Source: a virus. Taken from it: a stretch of 64,000 nt of DNA. Made by a program: the position numbers and the translations under genes. Positions 9,401 to 18,689 of this stretch are shown piece after piece; position 1 is the stretch's first letter; each line of letters opens with the position of its first letter. The notes under the pieces are model-generated. The model searched no databases. It worked only from the letters and a program-made list of their open reading frames with translations, and was not told the origin of the DNA. The stretch spans positions 96,001 to 160,000 of the IMG/VR virus record IMGVR_UViG_3300042691_053485. One strand, 5' to 3'.

Positions 9401-11852
9401 TATTCCGGATATCACCCTTAGTGAAGAGAGTATTAACAATGCGGTTGAAAGCCGAATCGGAAACTACAACAAGTTTTACGGATTGGGGGGAGGGAGCTCA
9501 ACATCTGCATATCATCAAGCATTCAGGGCTTCCTATGATGAAATATTGGAACTTTTTACAACCACAATAGACTTGGTTATTATCGATAGAAATTCAATCT
9601 TCTCTCAGAAAAAATACATGAGTGAGGCAACATTGGAGGAGTCGATTATAAAGTGGATAGCAACATATAAGAAAATTATTCTTGAGAATGGAAATGGAGG
9701 ATACTCAACAAATATTAATATCAACGATTTTCCTGCACAACCATACAATACGAATGACAAAGATTTGAAAATTGCGACATATCGACATTTAAAAACACTT
9801 TATGATAAATGGATTGCAGGCAGCCGTGATGGTAAAGTGTTTAACGCATGCTCTTTTGGTGGAACATTAAATAACGGGAAGAGTTTAATTGACAGATTCC
9901 ACTTTGTGGACAAGGCTTTTAGACCAATCGGTAATGAAGCAATTATCAATCCTAAGCCACTAATGGTTTTATCTGAGCAACCTGATATTAATCTATATAC
10001 ATTAATAGGTTCATTAACCAGAGATTCAGGATTTGACTTTCATGTTTTACCGTCTTGGGTAAATTATAAAAATCCTGTGGAAGCCTCTGAAATGTGGAAG
10101 CCGCAAACTACAATAGATAATAGTAACTCCGGGGCTTCTTACATCTGTATGTATGTCGGTGGTTCTTCAAAAGTGTTAGACTTAGGTAAAAATTCTTTGT
10201 ACGCAAATGATGGCTTTGATTTAAGAACTTATGATTTCGAAAGTATCCCTGAAGGATTCAAAAATCGAATCCCGATTAACACTCAAAATGTCCCAACTGA
10301 TAAGGATAAGTACAATATGGTGGCATTCAGGGTTGGGTATGCAGACCAAAATCAAGGGATTTTTAAAGGGATTGCCTTAAATCAAGAAGAACACCGAGAA
10401 ACTGCTGAGTCAATACAAGCTACCACAGATGCTATCGATAACCGTGGAGGTACAAAACGAATGTACAAGGGGGTAAACTTGTACAATATTTATGCGATAA
10501 GGAGTTATAAGTGTACAGTTAGGTCAATGGGTAATATGATGGTTCATCCTTTGAATTATTTCCAATTGGATAATGTTCCATTTTTCCACGGAGCTTATCT
10601 GATAACTTCTGTAAAGCATGATATTACAGCACATAATGTGGAAACTGAATTTTCAGGGTTACGAATGCCGAGATTTAACTTTCCAATAGTGAATAGTGCA
10701 ACGACTTATGTCAATATTCCTCTTTCAGACACGCTGTTTAGTATCGAGGAGCAAAATCGCTCGATATTAAGACCGTTAGGAGGGGAAAGTTATTCAGAGC
10801 CGGAAATCAATGAGAAGAAAAAGCCTGCTAAAAATGGGGGTATCATTGGTGGGGCTTTAGATTACATAGGCGGTTTGTTTGGTAACAGCTCAACTTCAGT
10901 GCCTTCTACTGTAACAGAAATCGTAACAGATTTGAATAATAAAGAAATCATACTTGATTCAGAATTGAGTGGACTTTCAAACAATCAAATGTCATTGATT
11001 CCGGGCTATGTACCATTTATATCTAAATCAAACTTGGATAGAGGTGGGCTGTGGGCAACTGCACCTATAAGTAAAGTACTCGCACTTGACATTAACATCT
11101 CTGATACTGAATATACCAAGTTAATACAGAAGAATAAGAATCCTGATACCTCTGCTTCGAATATTCAAATTGCAACTAGACAAGTCGTTGCATCATCAAA
11201 GTTTAATGTTTTTGATAAGTATATTTCGACAAAACGCGGAACAGGGTATCTAAGAGGTAAATCGAGAGTCGCAAGACCATTGGGGACAAAGACTGAGATG
11301 GATAAAGTATACGGATTCGTAGACGCAAGCAAAATGCCTGAGTGGCCGTTAAAGAGTGGAGTATCTTTAGACCCCAACGACCCAACAAGGATTGCATTTA
11401 TGAATCAAAACATTGCGATTTTTAACAGCCCTTATGAACTTAAAATACCTCTCGGAAACTTAAAAAACGGTAGATTTCAATACACTCAAGGTTCTAAAAA
11501 GATGTATCTCCATAGAAGTGTTGGTGATTCTTTAGTTGTTGCACTAAAGGAGGTTTTAGATTTCTATGGAATTGATAATATAAAGGCATTAGGATTAGAT
11601 ATTTGGGCTGGTTCGTTTGTTTGGAGACAGCAAACAAGGTCAAAGGGTGTTCCATCGACACACGCCTATGGAGTTGCAGTTGACTTTGGTTCGATATCAA
11701 ATGCTTATGAGTGGACTGGCAAAAATAATGATGCACTGTTTAGTCAAGACATTTATATTCCATTTTTGGATATTTTGGAAAAATATGGATGGTACAATAA
11801 TGGAAGATATTACGGATTAGACTGGATGCACTTCCAAGCAGTTTGCTATTAA
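6492..11852 (+). CDS. Baseplate hub-like protein with C-terminal M15-family peptidoglycan peptidase
   Basis: Hub-like end GAYLITSVKHDI...ETEFSGLR; C-terminal STHAYGVAVD and DWMHFQ match the M15 Zn-peptidase motifs SxHxxGxAxD and DxxH. Confidence 0.7.
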   Translation: MADNIEVISNENFFTVVVDPNGINKDNVTPEDLFIYVDFRALPKSRSVIETDGTYYSEFFEKKGISFIASTEQNGKGYLTTNYTNIGGTSPTEKEAFGIESISMEYGASLAPTFKIKFIDVRGAGLFNGYERVDAEGNLYNNSEFAVFFSLPYPLFQLTIKGYYGKAVTYCLHLMNYNASFDSETGNFVIDATFQGYTFAFLTDILLGYVMALNSTEIGTKQLESRNIPSISKFIGSLGQLTRITEKFKSDDKSYLELKYINSLLFQVDKIIKVIGLPMTKSNYSSFGNPLLIPQLKQNVDQAFVRDVGIFSEERRATHIQIVEDIEKFIKEYNDFIAKNLSTYAYSNEYKIDKFDVKTPQLAYSIDSNFATIITNEALKDGLSNDPNIITADALRSRLNLPVNTAKKFFLVNYHEFRKEISELFEDLKKKKADVEVVVNQNLNKELAKELGFDLSIQNVFNILIGNVESFLEIVYAISVAADNPDIQSGRLVGLRNTRSDIPNSINRIYPFPAVFNAVGEEIWLGDLVGEENPNFPELQLVKQVLNSMLASNNQVTNSNEQKVYQNTVGISGDSWVPVSPTDISAPYVNINNVSSAGTVLPESFYIEIIDRILKAYNSNNYSNSTINYISQFEAAYAFFKTNEATIKNVLNNVDKAVFVSSALSAVNSNNGYIVDGAGIRKTSNESVLIGSSEGFGDDSEIKKLLTSGKRNLVQTVSKSIESTKLSIEDILIPTNLKDLHRQVDKNSYTVKGDLSPILWDGNVLKNISKFYKSKTSNDLDKKKSYYAPIISIITDLAIFDGRLNSSTDFTETDAKYSNLSRDNIAFGLLSFDGKKFLLDTPYYTFAESEEAAYLFLHSLPFSNISSFYKAFDVGGSVKIGELQMAWVAAQFWLAVYKKSNNSDFLSGLLNRMISNGAIASNEIAIYSSEFSKLSLEFNKDLPFLEDFEPSFVQKMVKWYQDWVSKVYIPIPDITLSEESINNAVESRIGNYNKFYGLGGGSSTSAYHQAFRASYDEILELFTTTIDLVIIDRNSIFSQKKYMSEATLEESIIKWIATYKKIILENGNGGYSTNININDFPAQPYNTNDKDLKIATYRHLKTLYDKWIAGSRDGKVFNACSFGGTLNNGKSLIDRFHFVDKAFRPIGNEAIINPKPLMVLSEQPDINLYTLIGSLTRDSGFDFHVLPSWVNYKNPVEASEMWKPQTTIDNSNSGASYICMYVGGSSKVLDLGKNSLYANDGFDLRTYDFESIPEGFKNRIPINTQNVPTDKDKYNMVAFRVGYADQNQGIFKGIALNQEEHRETAESIQATTDAIDNRGGTKRMYKGVNLYNIYAIRSYKCTVRSMGNMMVHPLNYFQLDNVPFFHGAYLITSVKHDITAHNVETEFSGLRMPRFNFPIVNSATTYVNIPLSDTLFSIEEQNRSILRPLGGESYSEPEINEKKKPAKNGGIIGGALDYIGGLFGNSSTSVPSTVTEIVTDLNNKEIILDSELSGLSNNQMSLIPGYVPFISKSNLDRGGLWATAPISKVLALDINISDTEYTKLIQKNKNPDTSASNIQIATRQVVASSKFNVFDKYISTKRGTGYLRGKSRVARPLGTKTEMDKVYGFVDASKMPEWPLKSGVSLDPNDPTRIAFMNQNIAIFNSPYELKIPLGNLKNGRFQYTQGSKKMYLHRSVGDSLVVALKEVLDFYGIDNIKALGLDIWAGSFVWRQQTRSKGVPSTHAYGVAVDFGSISNAYEWTGKNNDALFSQDIYIPFLDILEKYGWYNNGRYYGLDWMHFQAVCY

Positions 11853-11864
11853 ACAAAATCAAAT

Positions 11865-12620
11865 ATGTTTACCTATACTCTATCAAAAGAAAGTTTTGAT
11901 TCTCAATTGAAAACGTCATTTTCACCAAATGTGTTGAACTTATTCGGAACTCCACCATATCAATCTTATCTTTGGGTTAAAAATGCACTTAATCAATTGG
12001 GAATCAATTTCGATGACCAACTAAATTCTGTCTATCGTATGTTCTCTGCAATACCTGACACTAAAATAAGGTTTTTAAAAGAGGATGTCTTCCGTAATGC
12101 TTTAAATTCATCATTTGAAAATATAAAACTTTCAAATGAAATTCCTGAGTTTTCTTTGGTTTTTGGTTATTTCCCGGGAACTGCAACCGTATTCCGTGCA
12201 ATAGATGAAATGATTTTTTGGCAAACATCTCCATTCAAACAGCAGATGCTTAAAAAATACCTTTCATTTGAAACTATGCCAATTTCAATTGATAATCAAT
12301 ATGATTGGAGTGATTCAACACCTTTGAATAATCTTAAATTTTCAGAAGAAGGTTATAAAACTCGTTGGGATTTTGTAAAAAATAAGGATTTGATTGGTAA
12401 AAAAATTCCTTTTGTGCCAATCAACCACATTGGAATTTTTAAGGAAAAACATTTGTTTCATCTATGTTCAACGCTAAATACTACTCCAACTAAAAATCTT
12501 CGAGTAGTTGCATTTTTGCCGCTTTATGATTATTATGATAAATCGCCAAGCACAATTATGTTGAATAATAGTAATAATATTTCTAACGTGGGAAACATAC
12601 TTAACCAATTCAACCTATGA
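11865..12620 (+). CDS. Hypothetical protein
   Basis: 251-aa ORF, operonic spacing, A-rich start context. Confidence 0.6.
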   Translation: MFTYTLSKESFDSQLKTSFSPNVLNLFGTPPYQSYLWVKNALNQLGINFDDQLNSVYRMFSAIPDTKIRFLKEDVFRNALNSSFENIKLSNEIPEFSLVFGYFPGTATVFRAIDEMIFWQTSPFKQQMLKKYLSFETMPISIDNQYDWSDSTPLNNLKFSEEGYKTRWDFVKNKDLIGKKIPFVPINHIGIFKEKHLFHLCSTLNTTPTKNLRVVAFLPLYDYYDKSPSTIMLNNSNNISNVGNILNQFNL

Positions 12621-13144
12621 TTATTGGACACATTGTTTGTGATAGTGAAATTAAAATGACAGGCTTTTCACATAGTTTTGATTTTCAATTTAAAAAAGGA
12701 ATTCCAACAATAATAGTGGGTTGGAAAGTTGCAAAACTGATAGGTGGTGGAACATTTAACATCAATAATATGCAAATCGACGATGATTTGTTTTGGTCTG
12801 TTGAGGAGAGTGTAAATCGAGACCTTTATCTTTCAAATATTGAACAGTTTAAGGCAATGTGTATTAACAAAGTCATTTCAAGTTATAAAATAGAGTACTT
12901 TGATTTATGGCTTAAAGAGGCATCTGAACTAGATTTCAGTGACGTGAAACTTGTACTTTCGAGAGCTAATAATTACTATATGAGGAAAATGAAAAGTATA
13001 GTAATAGTATCAAAAGATTTAGATGAGAAGTTCGGTAAGCTCATTATTTCACAAATCAATTCTTCGGGGGTAAGAGTTATAAAAAATACTTTGAACCCGT
13101 TTAAGGTAGAAGACAGGCATTTACTGTGTTTTTTCGAACTTTGA
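12617..13144 (+). CDS. Hypothetical protein
   Basis: 175-aa ORF with ATGA overlap to the previous gene. Confidence 0.6.
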   Translation: MIIGHIVCDSEIKMTGFSHSFDFQFKKGIPTIIVGWKVAKLIGGGTFNINNMQIDDDLFWSVEESVNRDLYLSNIEQFKAMCINKVISSYKIEYFDLWLKEASELDFSDVKLVLSRANNYYMRKMKSIVIVSKDLDEKFGKLIISQINSSGVRVIKNTLNPFKVEDRHLLCFFEL

Positions 13145-13145
13145 A

Positions 13146-13153
13146 TATTTATA
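13146..13153 (+). promoter_or_regulatory. TATTTATA box (putative phage late promoter)
   Basis: Exact motif 16 nt upstream of ATG 13170; recurs upstream of many genes. Confidence 0.6.
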
Positions 13154-13169
13154 TAAAAACTATAAAACT

Positions 13170-13301
13170 ATGTGCAACCCTAATTTCAAAGACCAATGCT
13201 TTCAAGGCGGATACACTGCCACAACAAAAACAAATTACACAAAAGAACAAGATGTTTATCCAAATATCTTATCTTTCTTCTTTGCAAAATTCACAGTATA
13301 A
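13170..13301 (+). CDS. 43-aa small protein absent from the ORF track (MCNPNFKDQCFQGGYTATTKTNYTKEQDVYPNILSFFFAKFTV)
   Basis: Follows a TATTTATA box, A at -3, TAATG stop/start coupling to 13301. Confidence 0.55.
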   Translation: MCNPNFKDQCFQGGYTATTKTNYTKEQDVYPNILSFFFAKFTV

Positions 13302-13474
13302 TGGAACTCGAAAAGAAATTCAATTCCTTTCTGAATAAGGATGAAGCCAACAGCGGCGAAAAAAAAGACGTTAAGAACGTCGAGAAAAAAGTAAAACAAG
13401 ATAAAGATTCCGAAATCGTTGAACAAGTAAATAAAAAGCTTGTTATGGAGGACGGAAGACAACTCTTAATGTAA
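13301..13474 (+). CDS. 57-aa small protein (MELEKKF...EDGRQLLM)
   Basis: ATG at 13301; TAATG coupling at both ends. Confidence 0.65.
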   Translation: MELEKKFNSFLNKDEANSGEKKDVKNVEKKVKQDKDSEIVEQVNKKLVMEDGRQLLM

Positions 13475-14169
13475 TGGACTTAAAAAAAATATCTGAAAGG
13501 CTCAGACTAATTTCTGAGTACTCATACTATTTCCCTAAACTCAATGAGGAGGGTGAAGAGGATGCAACAACTTCTGATGCTAGCGGGGAAACTCAAACCC
13601 TAGAAGCCGGAGATGATTTGGAACTATCCGATGAATCACTTCCCGGACTTGACGATTTGGAAAGCGCAGATGTGACAGACGAAGTTGTTCCTGGTGATGA
13701 CATTGAATCAAGCGATGAAGAAGTCGAAATTGATGTGAGTGAAATTGTCGACTCTGTCGAACAGGGTAATGAAGCAGTAGGCGAAGTTGATGCAAAGGTT
13801 TCCAATATGGGAACAGAGTTTTCGAACTTTGTTGCATCAATGCAGCAACAAAACCAACAATTGGCAAACCAACTTGCTGCACTAGAAAAGGAAATGAAAC
13901 AAGAACTTGTCAAGCGTAACCCTACACCTCATGAACAATTGATGCTCAGGTCGATGTCTTCTTACCCATACAATGTTCCATTGTCAGACTATTGGAAACC
14001 AACACCAAGTCAACCTACAGGTTATGAGATTATGAATCCCAACAAAACTGAGGACAAATTTGATGTAAAAGTCACTAAAACACCTGATAATCAAGAGGAT
14101 GAATTTATCTTAACCGACGATGACATTGATGACAACTATAACGAGTGGGACATTAAAAAATCAATTTAA
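13474..14169 (+). CDS. Acidic, partly coiled-coil protein (probable virion/scaffold component)
   Basis: D/E-rich N-half, Q-rich coiled coil, in a TATTTATA-led operon. Confidence 0.55.
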   Translation: MDLKKISERLRLISEYSYYFPKLNEEGEEDATTSDASGETQTLEAGDDLELSDESLPGLDDLESADVTDEVVPGDDIESSDEEVEIDVSEIVDSVEQGNEAVGEVDAKVSNMGTEFSNFVASMQQQNQQLANQLAALEKEMKQELVKRNPTPHEQLMLRSMSSYPYNVPLSDYWKPTPSQPTGYEIMNPNKTEDKFDVKVTKTPDNQEDEFILTDDDIDDNYNEWDIKKSI

Positions 14170-14261
14170 TCTGCATTTAAATGAACTTTTAATCAACATC
14201 TTTTGTTATATAAGCAACTTATAATAACATTTATAATAACAACTAAAAATTAACAACTATT

Positions 14262-15314
14262 ATGGCATTAGGAAATCCTAACGGCGGGACACAAAAAGTC
14301 GAGTCCCCATTTATTGGCTTTAAAACCTTTCAGGTTCAAGTTCAAACAAAAAGCTCACATTGCTTTATTGCAAAGCAAATTTTTTATGCACAAGAACCAG
14401 TGATTGAATCATTTTCGAACGTCGAAGAATATAACGATGCTTTAAAATTGTATTCCTCCTGTTTGGAAGAGTTTAATAAGCAGTTGGCTGAAGCACAGTC
14501 AAAACGAGGCACACCCCTTGCAGACGAGTTTTTGAAAAACTATTCACGGACAGAATCCGACATTCGTGAGGGCAAAAATGCTGTCTATACGTTAAAGCCT
14601 ATCGAAGTGATGGAACTCGATGGACATCTAATTAATATGTACCGGAAGGTAGATAAGGGTCCTACTTTCTCAACGGAGAAAGTTTACTTCACAATTGCGG
14701 ATTTTAGGAATAAAGAAATTTACCACATAAATTCGTCTTATTCGGAATTCATGAGGATGTCGCTTGATATGCTTCTGAACATTGATTCATTTAACCGACC
14801 TATCCAAATGAAAATGAATTTGGTTATGGACCCAAGCAAAGAGTTTAAAGAACCTAAGTTAGATGCTAAGGGTAATAAGCAATATAACGCAAAGATTCTT
14901 ATTGATTTCTCCCCAGAACGTGGCTTTTACACTACAATGGTTAAGCCACTTTACCACAATTACAGTAAGAAACTCGATGAGCATGGAAAACAAATTTTTG
15001 AGGAAAATAAACCCATGTTTATCCATGATTGTTCAGAAGCAGATGCAAATGAGTACCATTTAGGAATGGAAGCTATCTTTGAAGATAAGAATTTCGCAAA
15101 GATTACAAGATTCTTTATCAAAAAGATAAACAACATCCTAATTCCAAAGATACAAGCAGATTCAAAAGAATTTTTCAAATCAATTGGATTTTTAGCTTCT
15201 TATGAATACAATGATGAGCGTTCGATATGGAAGATGCAGTTTAAGAAGCACTCTCCAACCCTTCTTGTCGAAGAAACTGTAGCACCGGACGATAAAGAAG
15301 ATATGCCATTCTAA
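14262..15314 (+). CDS. Putative single-stranded DNA-binding protein
   Basis: C-terminal acidic-aromatic tail DDKEDMPF typical of SSBs; first gene of the replication cluster. Confidence 0.5.
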   Translation: MALGNPNGGTQKVESPFIGFKTFQVQVQTKSSHCFIAKQIFYAQEPVIESFSNVEEYNDALKLYSSCLEEFNKQLAEAQSKRGTPLADEFLKNYSRTESDIREGKNAVYTLKPIEVMELDGHLINMYRKVDKGPTFSTEKVYFTIADFRNKEIYHINSSYSEFMRMSLDMLLNIDSFNRPIQMKMNLVMDPSKEFKEPKLDAKGNKQYNAKILIDFSPERGFYTTMVKPLYHNYSKKLDEHGKQIFEENKPMFIHDCSEADANEYHLGMEAIFEDKNFAKITRFFIKKINNILIPKIQADSKEFFKSIGFLASYEYNDERSIWKMQFKKHSPTLLVEETVAPDDKEDMPF

Positions 15315-15318
15315 AAAC

Positions 15319-15345
15319 AGCCCCCTCTCGGGGGCTTAATTTTTT
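15319..15345 (+). terminator. Intrinsic terminator
   Basis: AGCCCCC-tctc-GGGGGCT hairpin followed by a T run. Confidence 0.75.
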
Positions 15346-15351
15346 AAGCCC

Positions 15352-15855
15352 ATGAAATCATTAGCAGCAATAAACAAGGAATTGTTATCAGGACGGTCAC
15401 TTGACGATGAATCATTTAAAGTAGAAGTTTTGGAAACTCTGATAAGCATTTTTGAGGATGCTTCCAACTTCAACGAAACTGTTTTAAATAACTCGGACAC
15501 AGATTTAGATTATATATCCGAGGATGAAATGAAAATTGCCTCATATATCACAACACTTGGTATGGCAAAATCTATAGCTAAAGTGGCATTAGAAAATAAA
15601 ATGTCAGTAGCAGACGAGCGTTGGCGTAAAACCAATCTTTCAGATTATAAGCAATCCTCCAAGTCCTCAACCATTCACCTATCAAATTTGAAGGGATTAG
15701 CAGAAGTTATGCCCTTTAATCAAATTGCCTCCCTTTTAGAGACACTTTACTACGATTTTAACCGAAAGTTCGAAGCGTTGCGAGCAGTCGCTTCAAACCG
15801 AAAATTTGAGATTGAGAAAGGGCTTATCGATTACACAATTAGAAAGAAAAAATGA
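15352..15855 (+). CDS. Hypothetical helical protein (UvsY-like recombination mediator possible)
   Basis: 167-aa helical ORF between the SSB-like and exonuclease genes; function by context only. Confidence 0.5.
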   Translation: MKSLAAINKELLSGRSLDDESFKVEVLETLISIFEDASNFNETVLNNSDTDLDYISEDEMKIASYITTLGMAKSIAKVALENKMSVADERWRKTNLSDYKQSSKSSTIHLSNLKGLAEVMPFNQIASLLETLYYDFNRKFEALRAVASNRKFEIEKGLIDYTIRKKK

Positions 15856-16880
15856 AAACATTATTAGTTGACGGTAATAGTCTGCTGAAGAATTCATTTG
15901 AAGCTACAATTTCAACTGAAGAATATCAGCTTGGAATCAATGGTATTTATTGGTTCTTGTACAGAGTTAGATTTCTGTTGGATACAGAGAAATATCACAG
16001 ATTCAAAGTCGTCTTTGACGGTAAGGATAGTGGAAGGTTACGCAAGGATGTTTTTGCAGGTTATAAAGCAAGTCGAAAAGATAAGAAAGATGAAGATGTA
16101 GACAAATATGAATCTTTCAAGTCCCAAAAAACGGCATTAAAGGCAATATTAAGTCACTTATGCCCGGTCATCGAAGATGATATTGTAGAAGCTGACGATA
16201 TTATTGCCTATTACGTTACAAATAAGCAATCTGAAGAAAAAGTTACAATTGTAACAGGAGACTTCGATTTAACACAGTTGATAAGTCCAACCGTAAATGT
16301 TTATTACTTAAATCGAAAATTCAAGAATAAGACACGAACAGTTGAAAGATATGAGAAAAATGACGACCGAAGGAGCATGATTATTGACCATAAAAATTTC
16401 TTAAAACTTTTCGGTCATCCGTACCAAAATATACCAATCATAAAATCAATTTGTGGAGATGCTTCAGATGAAATTCCAAATATCAAAGGAATTAAGGAAA
16501 CATCTCTTTTCAATCTTTTTCCATCCCTTCTAAAGGAAGAAGGTTCAATCGAGTCTATACTATCTGAATGTGGGAACTTTTTGGAAGAGAAAAATGTTAC
16601 AAAAAGTAAGCAAAAAAGGTTCATATTTGAAGGTGTGGTTAAGGATACTTCTGACCCGGATGTAATAAAACGAAATATGCGATTAGTTAAACTCCCAAAT
16701 AATGAGTTTATGACTGATAGTTGTAAGGAAGCTTCATCCATTTTCTTAGCCGCAAAAAATGAATTAAATGATGCTATTGGATTGAAATTAAAATTAGACT
16801 CAACAGGTCTATCAAAATTTATTTCCAAAAAATTAAAAAACTCAAAAACATTTTTTAAACCTTTTAACTTAAAATCTTAA
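15852..16880 (+). CDS. 5'-3' exonuclease / flap endonuclease (T4 RNase H-like)
   Basis: LLVDGNS, VFDG, YKASR, EADDIIA, TGDFDLTQL and GDASDEIPNIKGI motifs. Confidence 0.9.
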   Translation: MKTLLVDGNSLLKNSFEATISTEEYQLGINGIYWFLYRVRFLLDTEKYHRFKVVFDGKDSGRLRKDVFAGYKASRKDKKDEDVDKYESFKSQKTALKAILSHLCPVIEDDIVEADDIIAYYVTNKQSEEKVTIVTGDFDLTQLISPTVNVYYLNRKFKNKTRTVERYEKNDDRRSMIIDHKNFLKLFGHPYQNIPIIKSICGDASDEIPNIKGIKETSLFNLFPSLLKEEGSIESILSECGNFLEEKNVTKSKQKRFIFEGVVKDTSDPDVIKRNMRLVKLPNNEFMTDSCKEASSIFLAAKNELNDAIGLKLKLDSTGLSKFISKKLKNSKTFFKPFNLKS

Positions 16881-17965
16881 TGAAAGATTTTTCAAAGCGA
16901 GAACGCGATTACAATCGTTTTCCAAACAGGTTCACGTTTAAAGTGTTCCACAATAATCGGCACATTGTGGAGTGTGACCGTCATTTTGATGCCTCGTTTT
17001 TTGATGTCGAGGACAATTTTGACATTACGCCTGCGAAATTCAAAAGAAATGCAATCTCCAATGAAAGATTTGCAAATTCATTTGAGAATTCTTTGGAGGC
17101 AGTTACGCTAGGTGAAGAGATTTCAAAACTCTTCAGATACATCTTAAAGAGAAGTACTGAAGAATATCTTTGGACACTTCACACTTCTGAAAGAAGCGTT
17201 ATGCTTGGCAAGACCGGGACTATCAAAGAATCTCAAAAACGAGTGAAAACAAAGGAGGATGCAACCCAAGAAATCCGACAATTCCAAGAAGAGTTGCAGG
17301 ATTGGGACAAGTCAAGGAGGGGAACACTAAAGTTCCAAATTGTTGACAAACAACATCCATTGAGGACAGATGGTGTACTTGAAGACAAGGCAAAAATTAC
17401 ACACAGACTAGACCATCTGAGAGAGAAAAAAGAATTTGACGGGCTGACGGCGATTGAGAGGGCAGAATATGAAGCGCTTAACGCTAAATTCGCCACTTTG
17501 GTTTCAGAGCGTGTCATTTTTGAAACTGTTATATCAACAGATGAATTTGCCCTTCGAAATGATTTCTCATTACCCATCCACGCAATCTGGAAGGACTTTA
17601 ACATTAACTTAACGCCGCAAGACCGCTCTGAAGATGCGTTAGAGTTTTCCGAAAGTTATGTAAATGCTAGAGTATCAGAAGTTTTCAGGTTAAAGAATGC
17701 AATCGCCAACTTGAGGGAAAAGGGGGAGGAGTTCGAAAAACTCAGCGGACATATTGAAGCCGCTGCGATAAACAAGGAAATCAGCAAACTTGAAGACAGA
17801 ATATCCAAAATCGAAAATATGTCATTTAAGGGAATCAGACACCTTATTCAAGACGCATTTCGGTCAGATTTCACCAATAGATTTACTGAACCAATTCTAG
17901 TAAATTGCAACTTTTCCACAAATCAAGCCCAAATAGTGGAAAAGAGTTATTACACTGTTATGTAA
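16880..17965 (+). CDS. Hypothetical protein
   Basis: 361-aa ORF, TAATG coupling. Confidence 0.6.
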   Translation: MKDFSKRERDYNRFPNRFTFKVFHNNRHIVECDRHFDASFFDVEDNFDITPAKFKRNAISNERFANSFENSLEAVTLGEEISKLFRYILKRSTEEYLWTLHTSERSVMLGKTGTIKESQKRVKTKEDATQEIRQFQEELQDWDKSRRGTLKFQIVDKQHPLRTDGVLEDKAKITHRLDHLREKKEFDGLTAIERAEYEALNAKFATLVSERVIFETVISTDEFALRNDFSLPIHAIWKDFNINLTPQDRSEDALEFSESYVNARVSEVFRLKNAIANLREKGEEFEKLSGHIEAAAINKEISKLEDRISKIENMSFKGIRHLIQDAFRSDFTNRFTEPILVNCNFSTNQAQIVEKSYYTVM

Positions 17966-17986
17966 GTTGCAAAAGATTTTATAATT

Positions 17987-18010
17987 AAGCCGCCTTCTTG
18001 GCGGCTTTTT
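17987..18010 (+). terminator. Intrinsic terminator
   Basis: AAGCCGCC-ttctt-GGCGGCTT followed by TTT. Confidence 0.8.
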
Positions 18011-18023
18011 TAAATCCTCAAAA

Positions 18024-18344
18024 ATGGAAACTTTTAAAATTCCCTTCACGCAAAAATTCTTTACAGGTTTACAAGATTGGCGGTGTAAAGCAAAATCGGT
18101 CATCCTTGTTAAAGATGAGCGAGATATAGAATCTCTTTGGAATCTTTTATGTGAGCAAGATGAAGATTGGCTCAATTATAAAGAGGTAATTAGGGTCGCA
18201 CCAAAGGTCTTAGAATCAGAATTACAGTTACACAATATCAGCGTTTATTGCGGAAAAGCTTCAATATTCAACGTTGAACAATTACAAGCCAAAATTCCTT
18301 TCCTAATATATCAAGAGCCTGAAACATTTGAATGGCAATGGTAA
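18024..18344 (+). CDS. Hypothetical protein
   Basis: 106-aa ORF with aaaATG start after a terminator. Confidence 0.55.
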   Translation: METFKIPFTQKFFTGLQDWRCKAKSVILVKDERDIESLWNLLCEQDEDWLNYKEVIRVAPKVLESELQLHNISVYCGKASIFNVEQLQAKIPFLIYQEPETFEWQW

Positions 18345-18358
18345 AAAAAACAAATGAT

Positions 18359-18688
18359 ATGAAATCTTTAATATTCCTCCTTTTTCCGGTTATCGGCTTC
18401 GCACAACAGCAATTCCCAAAAGAAGCTTTTGATTCTCTTTCGACAATTACTTATAAAGTTCAAGTGCGGTCATCAAATATGATGGATGAAGAATTATTCA
18501 AAGGACTTTGCAATATTTTCGAATGTGAAATCGAAAAGCGAACAATTGAAGGCCGAGACTTCTTTAGATATTTATTAATTCCAAAAGAAAAAACTAAACA
18601 ATCTGCAAATGAATGTTTAGAAACTTCTAAAGAGATTTATCCTGACGCATTTATCGTCAAATTTCATAACCATAAAAGGATTAATTAG
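18359..18688 (+). CDS. Secreted SPOR-like domain protein
   Basis: Signal peptide MKSLIFLLFPVIGFA-QQ; YKVQV...A...YPDAFIVKF resembles Bacteroidota SPOR domains. Confidence 0.55.
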   Translation: MKSLIFLLFPVIGFAQQQFPKEAFDSLSTITYKVQVRSSNMMDEELFKGLCNIFECEIEKRTIEGRDFFRYLLIPKEKTKQSANECLETSKEIYPDAFIVKFHNHKRIN

Positions 18689-18689
18689 T

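Noticed and set aside
13126-13474. ORF-track calls 13126-13338 and 13196-13474 as given
   Set aside because: Better explained by 13170-13301 plus 13301-13474, with promoter box and TAATG coupling.
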